Positions 39,027 to 47,871 of a stretch of DNA of 64,000 nucleotides are shown here, piece by piece; the stretch's first letter is position 1; each line of letters starts with the position of its first letter. Source of the DNA: an uncultured Armatimonadetes bacterium (GTDB taxonomy: Bacteria > Armatimonadota > Hebobacteria > Hebobacterales > Hebobacteraceae); the NCBI GenBank assembly GCA_963716175.1, contig OY970296.1:1344001-1408000 (forward strand). The letters run 5' to 3'. Position numbers and translations under genes: made by a program. The notes beneath the pieces were generated by a model, which did not search any database, was not told where the DNA came from, and saw only the letters and a list, made by a program, of their open reading frames with translations.

Positions 39027-39605
39027 GTGCTAGAGAAGCTCTGCCAAGCGGAGCGGCAGATAGTGAAGAACGAAATCCTGTTCTGGGCGGATCGAAAGTG
39101 GACCGTGCACACGCTGACGGTGATGCCTGACCACGCACATGTTCTCGCGACTCCGCTTGAAGCATCACCAGGCCGCTGGTTCCCGCTTTCTGAGATCGTT
39201 CGGAGCACCAAAGCCGGCTCGGCCCTCACTATCAACCGAGGCCGCGGCAGCAAGGGTGCGCTGTGGCAGTCAGAGAGTTTCGATCGTATCATCCGCGACG
39301 ACCGTGAGTTCCACGAGAAGGAAGGCTACGTGATTGAGAATGCCGTCCGCGCAGGGCTGGTCGAAGATCCGTGGCAGTGGGACGGCCTATGGCATCCGAG
39401 CATGGGTGACAGTAGGGTACGTCCGCGACCTGCCCAAGGTAGCGAAGACGAGAGTCGTAGGGCAGGTCCGCGACCTGCCCAAAGCACAAGCCCGGGCTCT
39501 CGGGGTATCCCGATGGATGAGCTGATCATCAGGAGGCGGAGGAAGCTACCTCACTGGCAGCTTGCCGGCTCGACGTACTTCGTCACGTTTCGTCTGAAAG
39601 CATGA
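39027..39605 (+). CDS. REP-associated tyrosine transposase (RAYT, Y1/HUH), apparently circularly permuted
   Basis: VMPDHAH (HUH), WQSESFDRIIRD, YVIENAVRAGLV; LPHW..YFVTFRL at the C-terminus; REPs flank and interrupt the gene. Confidence 0.85.
   Translation: MLEKLCQAERQIVKNEILFWADRKWTVHTLTVMPDHAHVLATPLEASPGRWFPLSEIVRSTKAGSALTINRGRGSKGALWQSESFDRIIRDDREFHEKEGYVIENAVRAGLVEDPWQWDGLWHPSMGDSRVRPRPAQGSEDESRRAGPRPAQSTSPGSRGIPMDELIIRRRRKLPHWQLAGSTYFVTFRLKA
39412..39480 (+). repeat. Two REPs inside the RAYT ORF
   Basis: gtagggtacgtccgcgacctgccc at 39412-39435; gtagggcaggtccgcgacctgccc at 39457-39480. Confidence 0.9.
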
Positions 39606-39622
39606 GCCGCCTGCGGCGGCTG

Positions 39623-39646
39623 GGGCAGGTCGCGGACCTACCCTAC
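39623..39646 (-). repeat. REP downstream of the RAYT
   Basis: gggcaggtcgcggacctaccctac. Confidence 0.85.
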
Positions 39647-39812
39647 CGGCTGCCGGCTCTTCCTTGGCGCTTCGTGTCCGACCAGGGGCTGTCTGGCCTC
39701 CAGGCAGGATGTGATGAAGTACATGTGACCGGCGAGGTCAACTCTGGGCAGGCGGCGGTAAGGCATGGCGGGAGGTTCAGTGGCAGGAGTTCCTGCTCCT
39801 GCCCAACAGGTC

Positions 39813-40253
39813 TCACATATGCTCTGTGCTCCTGTGGCGTATCAGGTCATCCATCACGCGATCGGCCTCAGCGTTGAGTCGTCGGATGGCCTGGTCCGCA
39901 CGGTCCGCGGCCTCTCTGTTCTCCAGTATCTCGGCGGCCTCACGCTTGGTGATCCAGCCATCAACCTGCTGGCGCAGATGCAACAACCGTCCCTCTAGTT
40001 CGTCGGTCACCTTGTCAGCGGATATCGTACGTGAGCTGTCCAGGCGCGGCGCGGTCCGCAGGTCATCCGAGGGCGGTGGTTGGCTGACAGTCCCAGACCT
40101 CTTCGTCTGGCGGATGCCTGGTTCGTCAACCTCAGGCGCAGCCTCCTGCGGCTCAGTACTGGTCCCAGTCGCTTTGGGCGGCTGCGCCCTCGTGGCTCGC
40201 TTCCAAAGCCAGTAGACGACTGCCGCTATTCCTCCGGCCGTGAGGACGTCCAT
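39813..40253 (-). CDS. Hypothetical protein with N-terminal membrane anchor
   Basis: GGAGG RBS; hydrophobic N-terminus; helical C-terminus. Confidence 0.55.
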   Translation of the reverse strand: MDVLTAGGIAAVVYWLWKRATRAQPPKATGTSTEPQEAAPEVDEPGIRQTKRSGTVSQPPPSDDLRTAPRLDSSRTISADKVTDELEGRLLHLRQQVDGWITKREAAEILENREAADRADQAIRRLNAEADRVMDDLIRHRSTEHM

Positions 40254-40388
40254 CGGGTGCCTCCAGGCTGAATGGGCGCCATGACGCGATCGGGTGTTGC
40301 AGCTAGTGAGCCCCAGTTCCTCCTCGCCTGGTCCGCCTCACACTTCGTGTTGCCCCCGCGGTTCGGCGGCAAAGCAACAACGGGGATC

Positions 40389-40721
40389 TCATGTCTTCTG
40401 GCCAGGGCGCGCTGCCTCTGTTGGGGTGGCACAGAACTCCCTCTCCCTGGCTGAAAGCTCTTCCCACAAGCGGACAGCCCGCCAGTCCAGACCTGGGATC
40501 GCGCAGAGATCCTTGCCAGTCCTCGGATCGTGGTGTATGACAGCTACTGTGTGACCGCGCCGCTGCAGGTGCTCGAGTTCAGGCTCGGCGAACCAACGCC
40601 AGTCCTCGTTGACATACATCTTGCCAGGGCCATCACGTGCATCCCGCTCAGCCATTACCCAGAAGCCCAGGGTGCCGTCTGCGAACTTGTGCTTCGCCAG
40701 CACTCCGTACGTCATCGGCAC
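40389..40721 (-). CDS. Hypothetical protein
   Basis: AGGAGG RBS; 110-aa ORF with protein-like composition. Confidence 0.55.
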   Translation of the reverse strand: MPMTYGVLAKHKFADGTLGFWVMAERDARDGPGKMYVNEDWRWFAEPELEHLQRRGHTVAVIHHDPRTGKDLCAIPGLDWRAVRLWEELSAREREFCATPTEAARPGQKT

Positions 40722-40776
40722 CTCCTGTCATGGTCTTGTGGCAGGAGCTTCCGCTCCTGCCCAACGGATCGCTGCG

Positions 40777-41991
40777 TCACGCCAGCCTCGGATACCAGTC
40801 CTCGTCGAAGGCGATGTAGGCGCTGCTGCTGGCGAGGCTGAGGCGGACGGCTTCATTGACCGCGACGCCGATGAGGGCCTGGCGCGGGAGGGGGCGCTGG
40901 CCGGCCTCCCATTCCGCGAGGCGATGAGAGCGGTGGGCGAGGGCGGCGTCCGATGACATGCCCTCGGTCTCCAGGTGCAGTTGCAGTATGTCGCGCAGCC
41001 ACCGCGAGATGCTCTCGAAGCCGTAGCCCACGTACTCGATGTCCGCCCCCTCCTCCCAGCTATCGTAATGCTTGAAGAAGTTGGGGTTGATCTGCTGGAA
41101 GCCCTCGTCATCGGTGAGAATATGCAGGTTGCGGAACTTGTGGTCGGCCCAGTACTCGCCCTTGGTGCCGCTGATCTGGAGGCCCTGGTTGGTCATGGCC
41201 GAGTTCTTCTCGGAGCAGACCCAGGAGGTCTGAACCCAGAGCACGGAGCCGTCCTCCCACTCGATCACGGCCTGCACCGCGTCATAGGCGTCGCTGCCCT
41301 TTGATGGCAGGTACTTCTTCTGGCCGAAGGCCGCCACGCGCTTGGGCCTGAGTCCGGTGATGAAGTAGTAGGCGTCAACGTAGTGCACGCCGATGTACTC
41401 GAACGGGCTCGACTTCTCCGCCCACAGGCCGAAGAACCTGAGCGGCATGTACTTGGGCTCTTCGATCCAGGCGTGCCCGTGCAGCATCTCTCCCAGGTCG
41501 CCGCGGCGCACCCGGTAGCGCGCCAGCCGCACCGCGCGGTCCAGCCGCTTGTGGTAATCGGTGGCGACATAGGCCCGGCGCTTCTCCGCGGCCGCGATCA
41601 CCTGCTGCGCCTCGTTCACCTTGAGGCAGAGGGGCTTCATCACGATCACGTCGTAGCCGGCGTCGATCGCCTCCAGGGTCATGGCGGTGTGGAGGTGATC
41701 GGGAGTGGCGACGATCACCACACCGTGGTCGCCGAGCTTGCTCATCGCCTCCCGGTAGAGCGCGGGCTGGTTGTCATCCGGCTTGTACTTAGCGGGATCG
41801 GGGTAGACCGCGAACTTCTCCTTGGGGAACAGATCCTGGCATTGCTTGGTGATGGCGGAGCTGAGCGCGGACACGGCGATCTCGTCAATGATGCCCCGCC
41901 GCCGCTCCTGCAGGAGCGTAGGCAAGACCACTTCCTGGCTGATCATGCCGCCGCCAATCAGCAGGGCATTCAAGCGCTTGTTCCAGCTCAT
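40777..41991 (-). CDS. Gfo/Idh/MocA oxidoreductase
   Basis: IGGGMI, VATPDHLH, MKP, YHKR, GVHYVD. Confidence 0.85.
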   Translation of the reverse strand: MSWNKRLNALLIGGGMISQEVVLPTLLQERRRGIIDEIAVSALSSAITKQCQDLFPKEKFAVYPDPAKYKPDDNQPALYREAMSKLGDHGVVIVATPDHLHTAMTLEAIDAGYDVIVMKPLCLKVNEAQQVIAAAEKRRAYVATDYHKRLDRAVRLARYRVRRGDLGEMLHGHAWIEEPKYMPLRFFGLWAEKSSPFEYIGVHYVDAYYFITGLRPKRVAAFGQKKYLPSKGSDAYDAVQAVIEWEDGSVLWVQTSWVCSEKNSAMTNQGLQISGTKGEYWADHKFRNLHILTDDEGFQQINPNFFKHYDSWEEGADIEYVGYGFESISRWLRDILQLHLETEGMSSDAALAHRSHRLAEWEAGQRPLPRQALIGVAVNEAVRLSLASSSAYIAFDEDWYPRLA

Positions 41992-43352
41992 CGCACCGCC
42001 TCCTCAATCGCCTCCTCCAGCACCGCCAACCCCTCCCGCACCGCCTCCTCTGGCGTCACCAGCGGCGGCGCGATCTTCACCGTCGCGCCGCCCAAGCCCA
42101 CGGGATGGAACATGAGCAGGCCCTTCTCTACGCAGAGGTCCACCACGCGGCCGGCCAGTCCGCCATCGGGCTCGATCCCGCCCGGCTTGACCAGGTGTAG
42201 GCCGGCGACCATGCCCTTGCCCATCACCGCGCCGCACACCTCCGGGTGGCGCTGCTCGATCGCGGCCAATCCCTCCTGGAGCACCGCGCCGACGCGGGCG
42301 GCCTTGGCCGGCAAGTTCTCCTTGACGATCAGCTCCAGGTTGGCGAGAGCAGCCGCGGCGCAGATCGGGTTACCGGTGTGGGTGCTGGTCATGCTTCCTG
42401 GGGGATACTGGTCCATGAGGTCGGCGCGGCCGATCACCGCGGAGAGCGGCAGGCCGCTGGTGATTCCTTTGCCGCAGCAGGCAATATCGGGCACGACGCC
42501 ATAGTGCTCGAACCCCCAGAACGTCCCGGTGCGCCCGAACGCGGCCTGCACTTCGTCCAGTATGAGCACGATGTCGTGCTGCTTGCACCAGGCCGCCATC
42601 TCCTGAGCGTACTGCTTGGGCCAGAAGGCTGCGCTGCCTCCTTGATAGGTCTCGGATATGACCCCGGCGATGCGCTCGGGGCCGAAGCCCTTCTCTTTCA
42701 GGCTCTTGAGGAAGAAGTCGAAGCTGGTGTCCGGGCAGCGGAAGCCGTCGGGGAATGGCACCTGGACCATGTCGGGATCGAGGTTCACGATCCACTCCTT
42801 GAGGGCCGGGATGCCGCCGATCATCTGGGCGCCCAGAGTGCGGCCGTGGAAGGCGCCCTCGTAGCTGACGATGCCGATCTTGCGATCGCCGCCCACCGCG
42901 CGGCCGTGGGTGCGGGCCAGCTTGACGGCGCATTCGGTGGTCTCGGCGCCGGTGGTGAGCAGGAAGACCTTCTCCAGGGGCCGGGGCGCGAGTTCCGACA
43001 GCCGGTTCACCAGCCGGGCGCGGATCTCGCTGGGGAAGCAGTAATTGTGGAGCAGGGTCTTCTGCGCTTGCTGGCAGATGGCGGCAGCGATCTCCGGCCG
43101 GCCGTGGCCCGCGTTGGCCACCAGCACCCCCGAGCTCCAGTCAATCCAGGTGTTGCCCCAGGCATCATGCACCTGGAACCCATCGGCGCGATCCCAGACC
43201 ACCGGCGGCTGGCCCTGCATGGACTGGGGCTCGGCGCGGTAGAGCCGCTCCAGCAGGGGGATGGATTCGGGGACCGGGATAGCAGTCCGGATGGTGCGGA
43301 ACTTGGTGTTCACCGTGGGCACCCGCTTCGGGGTGAGGGTGGTTTGTGTCAC
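41988..43352 (-). CDS. Class III PLP aminotransferase
   Basis: TGAETTE, FHGRT, LDEVQAAFGRTG, GKGITSG, THTGNP. Confidence 0.9.
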   Translation of the reverse strand: MTQTTLTPKRVPTVNTKFRTIRTAIPVPESIPLLERLYRAEPQSMQGQPPVVWDRADGFQVHDAWGNTWIDWSSGVLVANAGHGRPEIAAAICQQAQKTLLHNYCFPSEIRARLVNRLSELAPRPLEKVFLLTTGAETTECAVKLARTHGRAVGGDRKIGIVSYEGAFHGRTLGAQMIGGIPALKEWIVNLDPDMVQVPFPDGFRCPDTSFDFFLKSLKEKGFGPERIAGVISETYQGGSAAFWPKQYAQEMAAWCKQHDIVLILDEVQAAFGRTGTFWGFEHYGVVPDIACCGKGITSGLPLSAVIGRADLMDQYPPGSMTSTHTGNPICAAAALANLELIVKENLPAKAARVGAVLQEGLAAIEQRHPEVCGAVMGKGMVAGLHLVKPGGIEPDGGLAGRVVDLCVEKGLLMFHPVGLGGATVKIAPPLVTPEEAVREGLAVLEEAIEEAVR

Positions 43353-43544
43353 GGGAATGCCTCCTCGCAAAGGTAAGGCCGGCGGGCCCTTCGACTTCAC
43401 TCAGGATACACTTCGGCAGGCCCGCCCTACAGCACGTTCTGCGGCGGAGAGAGTGTTCCTGCCCGCGCGCGGCCGGGCAGGGAAGCTGCCGGTGGGAGGG
43501 AATCCTGTCGCGCGCGAGAGACCGACGCATCCGGGGAGCGCAGC

Positions 43545-45482
43545 ATGTTTCAAGACTTGCTGGAGTTGGTGGTATCCAAGATGGATGGCCAGCGCGCTCG
43601 CGATCACGCGCAGGCGATACAGTCTATTGATCGCAACTTCACCTTCTCTGCCTTCCAGGAGAGCGCGCGTTACAGCGCGGAGCGGTTGCGCGAGGCCGGC
43701 ATGAGCGAGGTGGAGATACTGGAAGCGCCGGCCGACGGGCGCAGCTTGTTTGGAGATTGGATGATGCCCCTGGCCTGGGAGGCAGAGGGCGCGGCCTTCG
43801 ATGTCATCGCCCCGGATGGGAATGTGCAGCGAATCGCCGACCGGGCGCAGGCACCGCAATGCCTGGCGATGTGGAGCGCCCCTACCCCACCCGAAGGAGT
43901 CGAAGCCGAGCTCGTCTACGTAGCCGATGCCGCCGACCGCGGCAGCTACCCGCCGGAGGGGATCCGCGGCAAGATCGTGTTCACCTCGGCCCATCCTCAC
44001 CGGGCGAAGCGCAGCATAGTGGAGCAGGGCGGGCTCGGGATTCTGTCCGACTTCCAGCCCGCTGCCGCGCGCCTGCCTGACGCGATCTCGTGGGTCAACT
44101 CGTGGAGCGATGATCCCGGGGGCTGGGCCTTTCACGCCGACGATACTCCGGCCTGGGCATTCGTGATCTCACCCCGGCAGGGGGAGCAGCTCAGAGCGCG
44201 GCTGCGCGCGGGGGAGCGGCTGCGAGGTCGCGCGGCGGTGCGGACCAGCCTCAGCCCTGGCACACTTCCGGCCGTCACCGGAGTGATCCCCGGAAGCGGC
44301 AAGGAGGAGGTGCTGCTGCTGGGGCACCAGTTCGAGCAGGGGGCGATTGATAACGCCTCCGGGATCGCCATCATGATCGAGGCGATGCGCAGCCTGCAGC
44401 ATCTTATCGCCCAGGGAAGGCTGCCACCCCTACGGCGGAGGATTCGCTGCCTCTTCGTCTCGGAATGCTACACCACGTTCTACTGGACGGAGACGAGCCG
44501 GGCGGCGCGCCGCACCATCGCCGCCCTCTGCCTGGACTCTCCCGCGGGCGCGCCCGCGCTGATGCAGAAGCCGCTGACTATCTACGGCAACCCGCACTCC
44601 AACATGAGCTATGTTGACGCCCTGCTCGCGCGGCTGCTGAAGGAAGCGATGCCCGCGCTGCCGGGCTACCCGTGGCGGGATTTCGGATTCTTCTCGGCCA
44701 CCGATAACCTGATCGCCGACCCCAGCATCGGTATCCCCTGCCCCTGGCTGGGCGCGCAGGGCCGGACCTGGCATACCTCGGCCGATACCATTGACCTGCT
44801 CGATCCCGATGAGCTGGCCGTGGCGGCGCAGATAGCGGCCGCCTATGCCTACCTCATCGCCACTGCGGGTCCGGCGGAGGTGGTTGACTTCGCGCAGCTG
44901 GCGGCGGCGCGGGGCAAGACCGCGGTGGCGGAGGCGGGGGTGGCGGAGCCGCGGGAGGCTGATCTCGATGACGGCATGCTGCAGCTCGCCTACCTTGGGC
45001 AGCGGCAGGCGGAGGCGGTGGGCTCGACGCTGGCGCTCGTCCCCGCGGCCGAGCGGGCGCAGGTCCGCGCTCAGGTGCGGGCCCTGCAGAGGGATGTCCG
45101 GCGCGCCGGCAAGCTGGAGGCCGAGGCCCTGGCGCGCAGAGGAGGTCGGCCGGGCCACACCCCGGCGGGCCCGCGGCTTGACAGAGCGCTGGCGGGCATC
45201 CGGCCGCGCCGGCTGGTGAGAGGCCCGGTCACACTCGATCGTGTCCCCAGGGAAGAGCGGGAGGGCAGGCCCGACCCGCGCTGGTCCATGGCGTTGTTCT
45301 CGCTGCTTGGGTGGTGCAACGGCCGGCGCTCGCTGGCGGAGGCGTGCGAGCTGGCGGCGCGGGAGCTGCGGGAGGGGCGTACGCTGACCCCGGATGAGCT
45401 GGTGAAGCAGATAGACCCGAATGCGGCCAGCATGATGGAGTACTTCGAGTTCCTGCGGAAGCACGGTTATGTGACCTGGTGA
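43545..45482 (+). CDS. M28-like peptidase / DUF4910 protein with PA domain
   Basis: LLGH..GAIDNASG, SE, WHTSADT. Confidence 0.7.
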   Translation: MFQDLLELVVSKMDGQRARDHAQAIQSIDRNFTFSAFQESARYSAERLREAGMSEVEILEAPADGRSLFGDWMMPLAWEAEGAAFDVIAPDGNVQRIADRAQAPQCLAMWSAPTPPEGVEAELVYVADAADRGSYPPEGIRGKIVFTSAHPHRAKRSIVEQGGLGILSDFQPAAARLPDAISWVNSWSDDPGGWAFHADDTPAWAFVISPRQGEQLRARLRAGERLRGRAAVRTSLSPGTLPAVTGVIPGSGKEEVLLLGHQFEQGAIDNASGIAIMIEAMRSLQHLIAQGRLPPLRRRIRCLFVSECYTTFYWTETSRAARRTIAALCLDSPAGAPALMQKPLTIYGNPHSNMSYVDALLARLLKEAMPALPGYPWRDFGFFSATDNLIADPSIGIPCPWLGAQGRTWHTSADTIDLLDPDELAVAAQIAAAYAYLIATAGPAEVVDFAQLAAARGKTAVAEAGVAEPREADLDDGMLQLAYLGQRQAEAVGSTLALVPAAERAQVRAQVRALQRDVRRAGKLEAEALARRGGRPGHTPAGPRLDRALAGIRPRRLVRGPVTLDRVPREEREGRPDPRWSMALFSLLGWCNGRRSLAEACELAARELREGRTLTPDELVKQIDPNAASMMEYFEFLRKHGYVTW

Positions 45483-46207
45483 GAGGTGTGTTGATCTTCC
45501 ACACCGCCGACCTGCACAACCGGCTCAAGCCGGCGGCGGCGCGCCAACTGGCGGCGCTGAAGCGGGAGCACCCGAGCGCGCTGCTGCTCGACGCAGGGGA
45601 CGCGATTGGCGCTGGTAACTTGACTTACCGCGTGCGCGGCGAACCGATCCTGCGGCTGATGGCCGAGATCGGCTATGACGCCATGGCGATGGGAAACCGG
45701 GAGTCACATCCCAAGCGAAGCCTGCTGGCGCGAAAGCTGCGGGACGCGGCCTTTCCGGTGCTGGCCGCGAATCTGGTGGCGCAGGATGGCAAGGCGCTGC
45801 CGCCCGGCATCCGTGCGCATCTCATCTTCTCAGGGCGGCCGCGGCTGGCCGTGATCGGGCTGGCGCCTCAGATCACCAAACCCGGATCGGCCTGGGCGAG
45901 AGTGACGGATTTCGTGTTCGCCGACCCGGTGCGGGTGGCAGCCGACCTGGCGCCGAAGCTGAAGCAGGAGGCCGAGTTGGTAGTGTGCCTGTCGCACGCG
46001 GGGCTGCGGGTTGACCGGGAGCTGGCGGCGATACCCGAGGTGGATCTGGTGCTGGGAGGGCATAGTCATCGGAAAGTGGTCGAGCAGGAGGCGGGGAAAG
46101 CGATGGTGGTGCATCCAGGCCGGTTCGGAAGTCACGTCTCGCGCACCGAGATCACGAGTCGAACCCAGGTCAGGGCCGAGCTGATCCAGTTGGAGGTGGG
46201 GCAATGA
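45479..46207 (+). CDS. Calcineurin-like metallophosphoesterase (5'-nucleotidase N-domain only)
   Basis: HTADLH, DAGD, GNRE, LSHAG, GGHSH. Confidence 0.85.
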   Translation: MRGVLIFHTADLHNRLKPAAARQLAALKREHPSALLLDAGDAIGAGNLTYRVRGEPILRLMAEIGYDAMAMGNRESHPKRSLLARKLRDAAFPVLAANLVAQDGKALPPGIRAHLIFSGRPRLAVIGLAPQITKPGSAWARVTDFVFADPVRVAADLAPKLKQEAELVVCLSHAGLRVDRELAAIPEVDLVLGGHSHRKVVEQEAGKAMVVHPGRFGSHVSRTEITSRTQVRAELIQLEVGQ

Positions 46208-46347
46208 GAAGAGACGAGAAGCCGCGGCCGAAGCTGATCGAGCGGTGGTGGGTGCAGGCCCTGGTGGCCGCCTGGGTGCTGGTGATAGTGACCGTGTACT
46301 TCAGGCTGCAGTTGATGAGATTGTTGGAGGTGGCCCAGGGGAGGTAA
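46204..46347 (+). CDS. 47-aa single-TM protein (absent from the ORF track)
   Basis: MRRDEKPRPKLIERWWVQALVAAWVLVIVTVYFRLQLMRLLEVAQGR; ATGA overlap and GGAGG RBS. Confidence 0.6.
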   Translation: MRRDEKPRPKLIERWWVQALVAAWVLVIVTVYFRLQLMRLLEVAQGR

Positions 46348-46463
46348 CCCTCCTGCACGGAGGGTTCCTGTAGGGCGGCCATGCGCCTCGGAGCGAGAGC
46401 GCAGGGGCGCATCGCCGCCGAGAAGACTGCCCAATACGCAAGTGGGCGTGATGAATCACGCCT

Positions 46464-47648
46464 CTACTTCTTGGCTTTCTTCTTGGTGAACTGGGTGTCG
46501 GTGATGCGGCGGTCAACCACGCCCTTCTTGGACCTCGATTTGCGCTTCAGCTCGTCCATCAGCTCCTCGTATTCGTTGGCGTTGATGGGGAGCTTCACCG
46601 TCTTCTTGCGGAAGCTGGACAGGATCATGGCATCGGCCAGCTCCAGGGAGTAGATGCCCTCCGCGCCTGGGGTGACGAGGGGCTCGCGATAGAGGATGGC
46701 GCGGCAGAAGTTGCGGGTGACCGCAATGTGCCCCTGCTCGCGCTGCTCGAGTGGCACCTCCACCCGCCTCGTCTTCGGCGAGGCCCACATTTCCGTGTTC
46801 TCCACCGTGAACTTGGAGAGCGGCGGCTCCACCCGCCAGAACTGAATCCCCTCCTCTTCCCAGTCCCTGCTCTCGATCAGGATCTTGCCTTTATCGCCGC
46901 AGATCTCGAGGCGGCTGACCTGCGGCGTGTCATTCACGCTGGCGTAGAGATAGCCGTGCGCGCCGTTGGGGTACTCCAGGAACGCGAAGGCCTCGTCCTC
47001 CACCTCGATGTCGTGCATGCGGATCCGGGTCTGGCCGGTCACGGTCTTGGGCCGGCCGGTGAGCCAGGTGAAGATGTCGAGCATGTGAGGGGCCTGGTTG
47101 AGGAGCACGCCGCCGCCCTCGCCCCTCCAGGTGGCGCGCCAGCCGCCGGAATCGTAGTAGGCCTGGCTGCGATAGTAGGCGATGAAGAGGCTGACCCGGC
47201 GAATCTCCCCCAACTCACCTTCGTCCAGCAGCTTCTTCGCGGCCTGGTATTCGGGCCGGTGCCGCAGTTGGAACATCACCGCGAACACGCACCCGGTGCG
47301 CGCGGCGGTGCGGATCATCTGGTTCACCGGCTTGATGGTGACGCCGATGGGCTTCTCCGAGAGCGCGTGAATGCCGCGCTTGAACGCATCTACCGCGATC
47401 GGTGGGTGGAAGTAGTGGGGCGTGGCGATCAGGATGGCGTCCACCAATCCCGATTTGAGCAGATCAGTGTGCGTTACGAAATGCGGGACCTTGTATTTCT
47501 CTCCGGCCTGACGCGCGACCTCCGGCACGATGTCGCAGACCGCAGTGAGACCACCCTCCTGGAGCTTGCCCGAGGTCAGGTAATCACAGTGTCCCTGCCC
47601 CATGCCACCTGTGCCCACCACGCCGATGCGGACCTTAGCCATCACCAC
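46464..47648 (-). CDS. Gfo/Idh/MocA oxidoreductase
   Basis: GVVGTGGMG, ATPHYFH, SEKP, GGGVLLNQAPH. Confidence 0.88.
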   Translation of the reverse strand: MVMAKVRIGVVGTGGMGQGHCDYLTSGKLQEGGLTAVCDIVPEVARQAGEKYKVPHFVTHTDLLKSGLVDAILIATPHYFHPPIAVDAFKRGIHALSEKPIGVTIKPVNQMIRTAARTGCVFAVMFQLRHRPEYQAAKKLLDEGELGEIRRVSLFIAYYRSQAYYDSGGWRATWRGEGGGVLLNQAPHMLDIFTWLTGRPKTVTGQTRIRMHDIEVEDEAFAFLEYPNGAHGYLYASVNDTPQVSRLEICGDKGKILIESRDWEEEGIQFWRVEPPLSKFTVENTEMWASPKTRRVEVPLEQREQGHIAVTRNFCRAILYREPLVTPGAEGIYSLELADAMILSSFRKKTVKLPINANEYEELMDELKRKSRSKKGVVDRRITDTQFTKKKAKK

Positions 47649-47676
47649 GCCTCCCTGTCAGATCTCGATCCATCGC

Positions 47677-47700
47677 GGGCAGGTCGCGGACCCGCCCTAC
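47677..47700 (-). repeat. Dispersed REP (RAYT-type family)
   Basis: gggcaggtcgcggacccgccctac. Confidence 0.75.
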
Positions 47701-47871
47701 TGGCGCACGCCGCCGCCACACGGCTGGCGGCCGGGGCCGACCTGCCCAACGAGTACGGGTGATTCTGCGGCCGGGGAGTTGTCCCCTCCCAGCCTGCCCA
47801 AATCCCGCCGGTGGCCGCGCGCCCAGGCGGGGAGCAGGACGGAATGGGGCAGTGACGAAGACCGGGAGGCG

